The notes: generated by a model not told the origin, from the sequence alone. DNA of 64,000 nucleotides from Myxococcales bacterium (GCA_043747615.1 JAYTOU010000077.1:1-64000); one strand, 5' to 3'; numbered from the stretch's first letter, positions 37,663 to 49,214 are shown. Numbers and translations: made by a program.

Positions 37663-38487
37663 ATGCGTGCGCACAAGTTCGGCCTGGGGTTGGGGGTAGG
37701 GGCGATCGTCCTCTCGGCAGCGGGCGCGTTTGGACAAGGAAAAGTGGCAGAACCGAAGCTCTCCCTCTCCGGGGCCACGGCCGAGAAGCTCAAGTCTAAC
37801 GACGAAGCGCAAATCAAAGGAGCGCTCGACGACGTTCGCATGGCGGGCAAACCGGCCGCGAGCAGCGCACCCCTCATTGGAGACCTGCTCGACAAGGGCC
37901 TTCCGCTCGCCCTCACCATTCCGGCGCTCGAGACGCTCGGCGATCTCGAAGTCGAGGCCACGAGCGCGAGCATCGCGCCCTACGTTCTTCACCGGAACCT
38001 GAAGGTTCGTCAGACCGCCGCAAAAGCGTTAGTTCGCACGAAGGGCTCCGTTGCAGTGAAGACGCTGCGTCACGCCCTCTCCGACAGCGACGCCATGGTG
38101 CGAGGCGTAGCGGCTTCCGGTCTCGGTACGCTCAAAGCGCATGACGCGGTGCCCGATCTCTTCATCGCCCTCGATCATCGCGTGGCGGAAGCGGCCGCGG
38201 CAATCGGTCAGCTCTGCAATCCGCAAGAGTGCGATTCCTTCTCTGGTCGTCTCGGTCGTCAGCCGTTCGACGTGATGACCGGCGGCTTCGATCAAATTCT
38301 CTTCCGTCCCGACGTGAACGACGACGGCAAGGTCAAGGTCGTCGGCCGCGTGCGTGAGCTCGGCACCCAGGAGGCGAGCAAGTTCCTCCGCGACGTGCAG
38401 AGCCGATGGCCAAAAACAGGCTCACCGCGGGTGAAGCAGTCGCTCGATCAGGGCGTGCAAGCGACCGGCGGGGGGATTGGCCTGTGA
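37663..38487 (+). CDS. Secreted HEAT-repeat protein
   Basis: Signal peptide; VRQTAAKAL, DSDAMVRGVAASGLG. Confidence 0.8.
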   Translation: MRAHKFGLGLGVGAIVLSAAGAFGQGKVAEPKLSLSGATAEKLKSNDEAQIKGALDDVRMAGKPAASSAPLIGDLLDKGLPLALTIPALETLGDLEVEATSASIAPYVLHRNLKVRQTAAKALVRTKGSVAVKTLRHALSDSDAMVRGVAASGLGTLKAHDAVPDLFIALDHRVAEAAAAIGQLCNPQECDSFSGRLGRQPFDVMTGGFDQILFRPDVNDDGKVKVVGRVRELGTQEASKFLRDVQSRWPKTGSPRVKQSLDQGVQATGGGIGL

Positions 38488-40292
38488 GGAGCGCCAAACG
38501 CTTTCAGAGCGCCGTAGCCCTTGTTTTGCCGCTTCTTCTGGCAGCTGCGGCGTGCGGCGGTGCGCAGAACACCCTCAGCATCTTCTCGGGAAATTGGAGC
38601 TCCGACAACGGGGCGTCCATTGCTGAAGTCCAGACGAGACTGCGCGGCACGAGGCCGCCTCCCGGCGCCGACATCGTCGTGGGTGTCGCTGGGAACGCCG
38701 ACAAGATCATCGGCGTGCCGCTCGGCGGCGGCGCAAAATGGACGGTCAACCACCCGCTCGACTCGAGGCCGCTCATCGCCGGCACGCTGGTCATCGGCTC
38801 GGGTGGCGGAGAGCTCTTCGCGCTCGACGCGATGACCGGAAAAAAAGTTTGGACGCGCACCACCGGCGGCCTCCCTCTGCGCGGGGCAGGCGACGACGGA
38901 AACGTCACCGTGGTGACCCTAGGCCAAGGCACCGGCGGCGGCTCCACTCTTCTGGCGATCGCCCGCAACGGCGGCATCGTGCGTCAGCTGGAGACCGACA
39001 AAGCGTTGGGAATTCCCGCGGTGCTCGGCGGTCTCACGTTCGTCCCCTGGGGCAACCAGTACGTCACGGTGATCGAGCTCGCGACCGGCGACGAGATCGC
39101 GCGGATTCTCCTTCGTGAGAAGACCACCCGGGCCTGGGCCGTCGGCGGCGCTCTTTACTTCGGCGAGGTCGGGATCTTCCGCTTCGACGAGCACATCAAA
39201 GACTCGGCAAAGAATCTCGCGACCCACGTTTCGCTTCCCGCGCGCGAGCTACCGGGCTCGCCGGTGCTGATGGTGCCGGGCGAAGAGCGGCAAGGTCCCG
39301 TCTCCTCCGCGCGCGACAAGATCCGCCTTTTTGCGCGCCCGTCGGGGGCGGAGGGGCCGCTGTCGACCGACACGCAGCGCTTTTACGCCACGTATTTCCG
39401 GCTGGTGATGGGCTTCGAGTCGCAGAAGGGAAAGCTCGCCTGGGTCCACACTCACGCGGCCGACGTCATCGGCGGTAGTGCCGGCCAAGGAACCCTCGTC
39501 ACGTGCGACGAGCAGGGAAAGATCACGATCCTCGACGCCGCGAACGGCGGCGTGATCGCCGAGCACGATCTCGGTGAGGCCGTGAAGAGCTGCGTCGTCC
39601 AGGTCGACAGCTTCCGCGCTCCGAGCGCGATCAAGGTCGCCGACGGCCTCGCCGCGCAGCTCGCCGTCGCGCTCACGAGCGGAGACGCCGACCTCGCCAC
39701 GGCCCAGCGCCTTCTCCTTCGCGAGATGGCCACGCTCGACGACGAGCTCGCGACCAAGGTCCTCGTGGAGCTCGCGAGCAATCCTCGCACCGGTCCTGCG
39801 CTCCTGAGCGATGCGCGCGCCGCTCTCGCTGCCCGAAGAAATGGAGCGAAGTACATGATGGCGGCACTCGAGATGCACTACGATTTCTTGAAGGACGTGC
39901 TTCGCCCGCCGCCCGTCGGGCCCATCGCTCAGGCGCTCGCGGCGATGAAAGAGAAGCGCGCCTCACCGCTCCTCGCTTCCCACCTCATCGATCCGGCCAA
40001 CAGCGACGAAGACGTCAAGCAAGCGGCCGCGGCTCTCGCCGTGCTCGGCGACGCGAGCGAAGCAGCCTCGATGAAGGAGTTCTTCGCGCTCTACCGCGCG
40101 TCCGCCGAGACACCGGAGATGGAGGCCGCGGTCGTGAACGTAGCCCAAGGGCTGCTTCGCAATTCCGGAAAAGACGGCCGCGCGATCGTCGATCACGCGA
40201 TCGGCGATCCGATGGGCAACGCGGCTGTCATAGAAAAACTGCGCGCGCTCGTCCAATCCACCGACGCCGAAAACGCCAAAGCGAAGAACTGA
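38484..40292 (+). CDS. Lipoprotein with PQQ-like (BamB-like) beta-propeller and C-terminal HEAT-like helices
   Basis: Lipobox AAAC; ELFALDAMTGKKVW repeats; GTGA overlap with the upstream gene. Confidence 0.8.
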   Translation: MRSAKRFQSAVALVLPLLLAAAACGGAQNTLSIFSGNWSSDNGASIAEVQTRLRGTRPPPGADIVVGVAGNADKIIGVPLGGGAKWTVNHPLDSRPLIAGTLVIGSGGGELFALDAMTGKKVWTRTTGGLPLRGAGDDGNVTVVTLGQGTGGGSTLLAIARNGGIVRQLETDKALGIPAVLGGLTFVPWGNQYVTVIELATGDEIARILLREKTTRAWAVGGALYFGEVGIFRFDEHIKDSAKNLATHVSLPARELPGSPVLMVPGEERQGPVSSARDKIRLFARPSGAEGPLSTDTQRFYATYFRLVMGFESQKGKLAWVHTHAADVIGGSAGQGTLVTCDEQGKITILDAANGGVIAEHDLGEAVKSCVVQVDSFRAPSAIKVADGLAAQLAVALTSGDADLATAQRLLLREMATLDDELATKVLVELASNPRTGPALLSDARAALAARRNGAKYMMAALEMHYDFLKDVLRPPPVGPIAQALAAMKEKRASPLLASHLIDPANSDEDVKQAAAALAVLGDASEAASMKEFFALYRASAETPEMEAAVVNVAQGLLRNSGKDGRAIVDHAIGDPMGNAAVIEKLRALVQSTDAENAKAKN

Positions 40293-40299
40293 CGCTTCT

Positions 40300-41010
40300 T
40301 CAGCGCTTCGGCACGAGACGGCGCCACACGCCGTATTTGCCGATGACGTAGACGGCGCGAAATCCGTCCCTCATTCCGACTTTTTTTCCTTCGGCGTACG
40401 TGCGCCCGCTGTATGAGATCGATACCTCGTAGATCCGCAGCTTCGGGATCCGTGCGAGCTTCACCGTCACCTCGGGTTCGAACCCGAAGCGATCTTCCTC
40501 GAGGTCGATCGATTGGATCACCTCGCGCCGGAAGGCTTTGTAACAAGTCTCCATGTCGGTGAGGTTGAGATCGCTCACCACGTTGCTGAGTGTGGTGAGG
40601 ATCGCGTTACCGATCGAATGCCAGAAATAAAGCACGCGGTGCGGCCCGCCGAGGAAGCGTGAGCCGTACACGACATCGGCGCGCCCGGCGACGATCGGCT
40701 CGATGAGGGTCTGGAGCTCGTCGGGGTCGTACTCGAGATCCGCGTCCTGAACGACCACGATCTGTCCGAGTGATTCGTCGAATCCGCGGCGGAGCGCTGC
40801 TCCCTTTCCCATGTTCTTGGGCTGGAAAAAGACGCGGACCCGAGGGTCTTCCTTCGCGAGCTCATGAAGGATCGCGACCGTTCCGTCGGTGCTTCCGTCG
40901 TCGACCACTACCAGCTCGAGATCGAGCGGCTGAGCGAGGACGCGCGCCACGATGGCCCGTACCGTCCGCTCTTCGTTGAAGCACGGCATGACGACCGACA
41001 ATTTCATCAT
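40300..41010 (-). CDS. GT2 polyprenyl-phosphate glycosyltransferase-like protein
   Basis: SVVMPCFNEE, VDDGSTDG, QDADLEYDP, TDMETCYK, FGFEPE. Confidence 0.92.
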   Translation of the reverse strand: MMKLSVVMPCFNEERTVRAIVARVLAQPLDLELVVVDDGSTDGTVAILHELAKEDPRVRVFFQPKNMGKGAALRRGFDESLGQIVVVQDADLEYDPDELQTLIEPIVAGRADVVYGSRFLGGPHRVLYFWHSIGNAILTTLSNVVSDLNLTDMETCYKAFRREVIQSIDLEEDRFGFEPEVTVKLARIPKLRIYEVSISYSGRTYAEGKKVGMRDGFRAVYVIGKYGVWRRLVPKR

Positions 41011-41025
41011 GCGAGGGTAGCTGTC

Positions 41026-41598
41026 CTACGTTCCAGCCCGCAAGCCGTCGACGATGCCGAGCTCTTCTTCGCGCGCGTAGAGGCAGCTTTCGCTCGCGAC
41101 CGGAAAGGTCGAGCAGGCGTCCGGTCGGATCGGGTAGATCCCGCACTTGTTGTCCTTGGCGAGATGCTGGCAGTCTTTCGACGTGAGCAAACGCAGGACG
41201 ACCTTGCCTTTGCTCTGCCGAGCGTAGGGCGGCTTCATGAGCTCCGGGCGCCCGGCGTCGACGAAGCGCTCGACGTCGTCCTCGTCGAGCTCGACGCGGT
41301 TGTCGCGGCAGCACGAGCCGCACTCCAAGCAGTCGAACTTCACCGTCCGCGTGGCGCCCTTCCACACCGCGTCGCGCTCGGCGCGATCCTTCACGATGTC
41401 GTGGCAGTCCTTGGCGATGACCACCGACGACAGGCCGCGGTAGGGGCCGGAGGTCATCTTCGTCCAGCGATCTCTCCCCATGTCGAGGAGAGACCAGTAG
41501 CCGAGGTCTTTGAGGAACCCGGCCTTGGACGGCGTGGCGAAGACCATGCGCGCGCGGCTGGAGGTTTCCCAGACCACGGCATGACCTCCGGCGCGCAC
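41026..41598 (-). CDS. YkgJ-family cysteine-cluster (CxxCxxCC) protein
   Basis: CLECGSCC, CQHL, CGIYPIRPDAC. The frame stays open upstream (CTG at 41673), so the start may be earlier. Confidence 0.85.
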   Translation of the reverse strand: MRAGGHAVVWETSSRARMVFATPSKAGFLKDLGYWSLLDMGRDRWTKMTSGPYRGLSSVVIAKDCHDIVKDRAERDAVWKGATRTVKFDCLECGSCCRDNRVELDEDDVERFVDAGRPELMKPPYARQSKGKVVLRLLTSKDCQHLAKDNKCGIYPIRPDACSTFPVASESCLYAREEELGIVDGLRAGT

Positions 41599-41689
41599 GT
41601 GACGAGCGGCTTCGGTGGTGAATCGTGCTTTGAACGATCGAACGATCGGGCGGACGACGGGCGAGATTTTCAGTGGACGCTCGGGGCTG

Positions 41690-43369
<1,680 letters not shown>

Positions 43370-43426
43370 CTAACCAAGGGCGAGTTAGCACGAACCGCCC
43401 CGACGGTCGATGGCCTCGCGCGCGAG

Positions 43427-44713
43427 TTAGGGGACGTAAACCCCAACCGGCCACACATGGTAGGGGTCGCTGCCGCTCGACCCGATCGGCTCGCTCACGA
43501 TCTCGATTTCAGCGACGGAGCCGGAGGCGACGCTGGCATTCGCGGTTACCGTGAGCGTTCCCGTGATCCCGTTGTTCATCGCGGGATACGATTTGCCAGC
43601 GATGTTCGTCATCGCCGGGCTGGTGACGGTCACGGTGAAATCGCTCGCCGCGCAGGACGGTGAGCAGACCGCTCTCGCCACTTGGGCGGCGACGACCCAA
43701 TCGGGAATGCGCGCCGTGGAAAAACCGGTGATCGGGAGCGCCGCGCTGCCACCGGCGGCGACCGGGAACCAACCGCGTCCGCCGACGCCAGCGGGCGGAG
43801 CCGTGTTGTAGTAGGGCTTCGTCGTCGTCGGACCGCACGGATCGCCCTTGCCCGCCGCGAGCGAGTTCATCCAAACGCGCTGATACGTGTAGAGGCCTTC
43901 GGCGATTTGAGTACCTACGCAAAGGTCGCCGACTTCGCTGAGGAGCGTCGCCCATACGGTCGTCGTCGGATCTGACTGGCCCTGGAACGCCCAGCCCGTA
44001 CCCGTGTCGGTGGCCGCTTCGATGATCTCGTGGCTCCCCGCCGTCGTCATCCACTGGAGCTGGCTCAATCCGGGCGGATTCGCGCAGTGCTGGACGAAGC
44101 CCCATCCGTCGCCGAGACCTCCGTACGATTGGTGGTACCCGCCGAACTGGCTACACGTCGGATCGGTTGCTTCGCCCGTGCCCGGCGGCAGGTAGAGGAT
44201 GTACATGTGGTGACCGTCGGCGGCAGCGGCGGGTGTTCCGGAGATCGCGTTCGCGATGTAGTTCTCCATTTCCCCCGAGGTGAGCGACGGCGTTCCTGCG
44301 AGGCTAGCGCCGGTGAACGCGCCCGCCGAGCTCGCGGAGCCTAGACCATAGTCGGCGGCAACGGCCGCGTACCAGCGGCTCGCGACGAGAGCGCTCCCGA
44401 ACCCGGCGTAGGCGGGCGCGTTCGGATCGCCCGGCGCGCTGATGGTCACCAGCTTCATCCCATTGAGGATGCCCGTTCCGGCGTGCGGCACTTGCGGATA
44501 GGCGGGATGGGTCGCCTGGATGAACGGTCCGGCGTCGACGCCGACGTCGCTCTTTGCGTCTTGATCCCCCGCGTCGTCCATCGACGCCTCGTCCGTCGCC
44601 CCGCCGTCGCCCGCAGGAGCCGCGTTGATCACGGTGGTGCTGCACGCGAAGATCGGCAGAACGACGAATGCAGCAAGCCCACAGACGGAAACCAATACGG
44701 GTAAGCGGATCAT
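43427..44713 (-). CDS. Lipoprotein with PHI-1/EXORDIUM-like HExxE domain
   Basis: Lipobox IFAC; DAG-rich linker; GGYH, SHEIIEAATD, EVGDLC, QRVW.N. Family call from recall. Confidence 0.6.
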   Translation of the reverse strand: MIRLPVLVSVCGLAAFVVLPIFACSTTVINAAPAGDGGATDEASMDDAGDQDAKSDVGVDAGPFIQATHPAYPQVPHAGTGILNGMKLVTISAPGDPNAPAYAGFGSALVASRWYAAVAADYGLGSASSAGAFTGASLAGTPSLTSGEMENYIANAISGTPAAAADGHHMYILYLPPGTGEATDPTCSQFGGYHQSYGGLGDGWGFVQHCANPPGLSQLQWMTTAGSHEIIEAATDTGTGWAFQGQSDPTTTVWATLLSEVGDLCVGTQIAEGLYTYQRVWMNSLAAGKGDPCGPTTTKPYYNTAPPAGVGGRGWFPVAAGGSAALPITGFSTARIPDWVVAAQVARAVCSPSCAASDFTVTVTSPAMTNIAGKSYPAMNNGITGTLTVTANASVASGSVAEIEIVSEPIGSSGSDPYHVWPVGVYVP

Positions 44714-44839
44714 GGAAGGCCTAGGTTGAAGCGAAGCCGCGCGGCATTCAACCCCACGCCTCCCAAGAGCAAGCGATAGGTAGGATAGCGTCAGGAAAAA
44801 GCGCAGTCTGATACCCTCGATCTCGCAACCCGCGTCACA

Positions 44840-45031
44840 GGTCGCTACGAGCTCGGTGCGCTGCTCGGTTCCGGAGGATTCGCCTCCGTGTACCCCGCGT
44901 TCGACGCGGCCTCCGGTCGCGATGTCGCGATCAAGATCATTCCCTTTGGCGATGACGGCTCGGCGAGCTTCGACCGCTTTCGGCACGAGGCCCTCGCTCT
45001 CTCGAGGCTGAAATCAAGGCTCATCGCCGAC
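44840..45031 (+). pseudogene. Truncated Hanks-type Ser/Thr kinase (N-lobe only)
   Basis: GRYELGALLGSGGFASVY...VAIK...RFRHEALALSRL; no start codon after the upstream TAG; no HRD or DFG motif follows. Confidence 0.85.
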
Positions 45032-45125
45032 CTTACAGTCATCGGCGCACGTAACCTGTTCGACGCGACGCTCGCGCTCCTTCGCCGCGCGGGGCGCGAG
45101 ACGGCGCTCGTCACGGGCCAACAGC

Positions 45126-45458
45126 GTGCCGAGCCGTTTCCTGATCTACCCCCACTCCGTCAACGCCGTGCTGGTAGAATGCTACCCCATGGGCAAACCG
45201 CCACGGCGCCTCCGGAGCTCCCGGGTTTATCGCGTGCTGCGCGAGTTCGGCGAGAGCGACGCGCGCGCGCTGCCCGGCGATCTACTGACCTGCGTCGAAT
45301 CGCATTTCGTCGTCCACGAGGGCGCGTGGCAGTGGCAGTTTTGCAGCAGCAGGCCGGGGGCGGGGCTGGTGGTCCTCGACGAAGCCGCGGACGCCCACTC
45401 GCAGGTCCTCGCCGACGTGGGCGCGTACCTCGAGGAGCTGGGGCCGGTGGCACCCTGA
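45126..45458 (+). CDS. Hypothetical protein (110 aa)
   Basis: ORF with GC-rich third codon positions; no recognised motif. Confidence 0.4.
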   Translation: MPSRFLIYPHSVNAVLVECYPMGKPPRRLRSSRVYRVLREFGESDARALPGDLLTCVESHFVVHEGAWQWQFCSSRPGAGLVVLDEAADAHSQVLADVGAYLEELGPVAP

Positions 45459-45470
45459 GCGGATCGAGCG

Positions 45471-45894
45471 ATGCCCACGCTACCCCGTACCCGGGAGCCT
45501 GATCGTGCCGACCTCGCGCCTTTCATCCGCGACGTTGCGCCGGCACTACGAGGCCATTCTCGACGGGAGATTCGTCGAGCGATACGCCGGCGCGTCCTTC
45601 GACGAATACCTCGCGCTTGTGCGGCTCCATCATCCGAGCATGACGACGAAGTGGGCCGTCGAGGCTGCACGGCGCCACGGTCGTCCGGATCTGGCGGACC
45701 ACCCGATCTCGCGCGACGACCCGCCCGAGCCCCATGAAGACCTGATTCCTCTGCTCGCGGAGCTCGCGCAGCATCACAAGCTGGTGAGGCTCCGCGAGCG
45801 AGAGCCGGTTGATTTGCGCCAGCACATCGACTCCGCGACCCGTGCACTGGAATGCCTGCACGGCGCTTTTCCCCCAGCCGCTTGCCGGCAATGA
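45471..45894 (+). pseudogene. Hypothetical gene with probable single-base frameshift near 45540
   Basis: MPTL...DLAPFIRDVA continues as RHYEAILDG if one C at 45540 is removed. Confidence 0.35.
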
Positions 45895-45959
45895 ATCGGC
45901 TGCGATTGCTGCGCGTCGTGGCCGATCGCGCCTTTCGAGACGAATAACTGGAGTACGCG

Positions 45960-46598
45960 GTGGCGCACGATTCCGTGGGCGTCGAATTCAACGAGCCGCT
46001 CAAGCCGTCGAAGGTCGTATACGAGATCGCCGCCGAGCTCGACGATGCAGACGTGCTGCGAGTGACGAAGGGCAAGACGATCTCGTTCGAGCTGCACCGC
46101 TTGATCGATCCGGCCCATGCTGACGCCATCGCGCATTCCGTGATGGCGGCGGCAAAGGCAGCGAAGCAGCGTGTGAAGTGGGCGGTTGGAGGCTGTTCCG
46201 CGGTGATCACCGCCGCCGACCTAGAGTCTTGCCGATGGGCGAATGGAGTCGTCGCGTCCGCGCCAACTGCGCTCGCCGGGCTCGCAACCCCGGCCGCCCC
46301 GCGCGCTGCGTTGAAGCGAGCCAGGCGAGGGGCGCCTTCATCGTCGATGCCCTCGAAGTGGTTCTCGTCCTGGGAAGGCGAGGTCGACGCGTGCCTCCTC
46401 GCCGCAGCGTACGCAATCATGGATTCGACGGCCCAAAGCCTTGCGGCGCTCGTCGCCTTCAACCAGCTCGACGAGGATCACGGCCGCTTCATCCAATCGA
46501 TCGAAGCGGAGGACATCGTGGCCGAGTTCCAGACGCTGGTCGCAAAGACCAAGCTCGCGGGGAAGCCCGACCTCGCGGACGAATGGCGCGACTGGTGA
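45960..46598 (+). CDS. Hypothetical protein with C-terminal FNxLDE...FI..IE.E...WRDW domain
   Basis: GGAG SD then GTG; distinctive C-terminus LADEWRDW. May be degraded. Confidence 0.5.
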   Translation: MAHDSVGVEFNEPLKPSKVVYEIAAELDDADVLRVTKGKTISFELHRLIDPAHADAIAHSVMAAAKAAKQRVKWAVGGCSAVITAADLESCRWANGVVASAPTALAGLATPAAPRAALKRARRGAPSSSMPSKWFSSWEGEVDACLLAAAYAIMDSTAQSLAALVAFNQLDEDHGRFIQSIEAEDIVAEFQTLVAKTKLAGKPDLADEWRDW

Positions 46599-46663
46599 TT
46601 CGAGGGCTCGTGATCGACGACAATTGCATTCGCCGGTCTTCCGGCGGTCGTGGTGCCACCGCA

Positions 46664-46891
46664 TCACGAGGTCGCGAGGTGTGCGAGCGCAGCGGCGGTC
46701 TGAGCGTCAGCAATCGCTGGGGCTTCGTGAATAAGGCTGGCGCTCTCGATGGCTTCCACCATGAATCGCGCAAAGTCCCCTCGGCGCGTCATGTTGCTCT
46801 TCAAAACCGGGTCGCCCACGTGGCGGCTCCAGACGGGCAGACCTTGTTCGGCGCCCTCCTCTGGGTCGCTCCCGCGTACCACCGTCCAGCG
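46664..46891 (-). pseudogene. C-terminal fragment of an NAD(P)H-binding (atypical SDR) protein
   Basis: RWTVVRGSD...TRRGDFARFMVEAI...HEAPAI; the Rossmann N-terminus is absent. Confidence 0.7.
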
Positions 46892-46900
46892 CGGCTTTCT

Positions 46901-47215
46901 TCATCGTCTGAAAATAAAACGCAGGAGCGCAAACACCGTAAGTAACCCTGCTGAAATCCAGAAGGTCATTCCGCGCTCAGAGGTGGGCTCAAGGATGTAT
47001 TCCCCTCCCCTCGATATTTCGTTGGCCACGGGCAAGGCAGCGAGCAGTATGAGTCCGGTAAAAAACCTACGGATTGACGGAGAAACGGACCGATTTCTCT
47101 GACGTTGCTTGAAACCCGTGACTGTGGCGCCCAGGATCGTCGCCGCAAGGCACACTGCGACCGCGATCAGGAGAATTTCAGCAAAATAGAAGGTACCGCT
47201 CTCGGTCGAGCTCAC
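46901..47215 (-). CDS. Small 3-TM hypothetical protein with lower GC
   Basis: Three hydrophobic segments; visibly more AT-rich than its flanks. Start uncertain. Confidence 0.45.
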   Translation of the reverse strand: MSSTESGTFYFAEILLIAVAVCLAATILGATVTGFKQRQRNRSVSPSIRRFFTGLILLAALPVANEISRGGEYILEPTSERGMTFWISAGLLTVFALLRFIFRR

Positions 47216-47411
47216 TCCACGCGCTCGCGATCGCGGTGGAGGCCGCGGGTGCATGTGCGGAGGCGCCGCCCACGGCGGTGCGGCACCGGCCCACAGCGGC
47301 GCCAGCACTCGAAGGGCGTGCAGACGCGTCGACCTGGCCGATGACTGCGACTATGGACGTCCAATGCGACACGGTGTTGATGCTGGCTCGGGCGACGGCA
47401 CCACTACGCTA

Positions 47412-47977
47412 CTACCGGCCCCAGAGGCAGGCGAGCTCAAGCTCGAGTTCTGTGAATGGCTCCACGCGCACCCGCGCATCATCGCGCCACGTCCCGACAA
47501 GTGACCAACGGCTGCCGTCGAGATTGAACGCCTCGAGCGTTCGGACGATGGGATCGACAAGCCACACATGGGAGACGCGCTCACGCGCGTAGATCGGCAC
47601 CTTCTCGGCGCGATCGGTGGCTGCCGTCGAGGGGGAGAGGACTTCGCAAATCCAGTCTGGAGCGAGCTCAAACGCCGTCGCGTCGGGGAGCTCGGGCATG
47701 CGTTCGCGGCGCCAGCCGGCGAGATCGGGCACGAGTACGTCGCCATGAAGATGAAGCTCGGGTTCATCGAGAATGATCCAACCGCCGGGACCACCTTTGC
47801 CGCGGTCGAAGGGGCCATAAAGCTCGCCGCCGAGTGATGACGACGCTCGCGCGTGCCGTGCCGCGATGCGGGCCTTGGGTTCGTGATGAGCGCGCCGTTG
47901 ATGAGCTCGGCGACCAGGTGTGCGGGGACCGCAACCAAGTCCTCGTAGGTCGCGCATCGCTTGGCGGGATCACCCAT
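47412..47977 (-). pseudogene. Uma2-family (DUF820) endonuclease, frameshifted
   Basis: ATYEDL...AELING in one frame; EPEL...VPDLAGW...PDWICEVLSPST in another. 5-bp duplication GTGCC at 47853-47862. Confidence 0.9.
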
Positions 47978-48054
47978 GGTGAGAATCTAGCCCCGGGGCG
48001 GAGCGAGCGCACCGCGGATCGGAGCTAAGCTCCCTGCTGCTTGAGGTTTCCCAG

Positions 48055-48082
48055 AGATCGCACAAGGAGAATTATGTAAACT
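48055..48082 (+). other. dif-like XerC/XerD recombination site
   Basis: AGATCGCACAA-GGAGAA-TTATGTAAACT has the 11-6-11 layout and resembles E. coli dif GGTGCGCATAA-TGTATA-TTATGTTAAAT; intergenic. Confidence 0.7.
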
Positions 48083-48316
48083 CCAACGAGGCGCCCGCGG
48101 TCACGGCAATGGAAGCATGCACACAGCGCGTGCGCCCGATGGACGTGCGCCGTTGGGTCTGCTCAAATTGGGCGGCTCGTTCGATTTCGCTCGATGAGTT
48201 GAGCACTTCGACGATCAGCTTTCGATAGGCAAGGATTACGTCTCCTAAATCGGAGCGCCTTGCCTGGGCCCTTTGCCTGCACAAACCTCTTGCTCGTCCT
48301 ACTTCTAACTGGGGAG

Positions 48317-49165
48317 ATGCCTCAGATGCAATTTCACAAAGCTGCCCTCTCTGCCCTCTCCATCGTGCTCGTCGGCGTCTCTGCCCACGCCGAGCCGCTT
48401 CGACCTCCGCCGAACGCCCCCGGTCGAACTGCGCCGGGCGTACCGGGTCGTGCGTTTCCGCCCGTGAAGGGGCCGCCGCGTGGGCCTGTGCAGATCGGCC
48501 CAGTGCAGGTCGGCCCCGGTCAAATGGCGCCCGCCCTAGGTTGGCCACATGATGTTCGCTCCGCCGCGGGGACGGCGTGTCACGCGGCCGGTCCGAGCGA
48601 AGTCGTCATCACAGTCGCCAGCGGCGCATGTCTGTCGCTCGTGCCCGGGTTCTACACCACCCTCAACGACGTGAGCCACACCTGGTCCATCACCTCAATA
48701 AGCGTCGGAAGCGCCGTTCGCGCGCGTTCATTTTCGTTGGAGCACTTCAGTCAGGATCTGGACCGCGCCTTCATCATGTATTTTCCCGGAGTAAATCTGC
48801 CCCTCACCGGAGACGCTCAGGGGATGCGTGCGCTCCGTGTCGAGCCAGCCGCTCGCAGCATGATCTGTGACGACCTCCGCGACGGCGAGATCGCGCTCTT
48901 CGAAGGATGGGACGGCGGCGGAGACTGCGTGGTGCTTCCGGCGGGCCAGTACCCCAGCGCCGATACGATGGGCATCGCCAACGACTCCATTTCGGGCGTG
49001 AACAATCAGACCGCGATGAAGGCCGTCTTGTTCTGGAACGCGTCCTTCAACCAGCCGGGCGCCGTGATAAACCCCCATCAGCGCCTCGCGCGTCTGCCCG
49101 AAGGCGGTCATCTCGTGGACACCATCGACAACCAAACGTCGAGCATGATGCTGCAAGCCCCCTAA
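48317..49165 (+). CDS. Secreted beta/gamma-crystallin-like domain protein
   Basis: GGAG SD; signal peptide ending AHA-E; Pro-rich linker; IALFE...G, NDSISGV, DNQTSSM, SITSISVG motifs. Start may be 48326. Confidence 0.7.
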   Translation: MPQMQFHKAALSALSIVLVGVSAHAEPLRPPPNAPGRTAPGVPGRAFPPVKGPPRGPVQIGPVQVGPGQMAPALGWPHDVRSAAGTACHAAGPSEVVITVASGACLSLVPGFYTTLNDVSHTWSITSISVGSAVRARSFSLEHFSQDLDRAFIMYFPGVNLPLTGDAQGMRALRVEPAARSMICDDLRDGEIALFEGWDGGGDCVVLPAGQYPSADTMGIANDSISGVNNQTAMKAVLFWNASFNQPGAVINPHQRLARLPEGGHLVDTIDNQTSSMMLQAP

Positions 49166-49214
49166 ACCGAATCGCCTCAGACGAGCTCGCGCACGACGAA
49201 GCTTTGACGGCGCG

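Noticed and set aside
48072..48548. 158-aa minus-strand ORF
   Set aside because: Overlaps the crystallin-like gene and the dif-like site; no motif.
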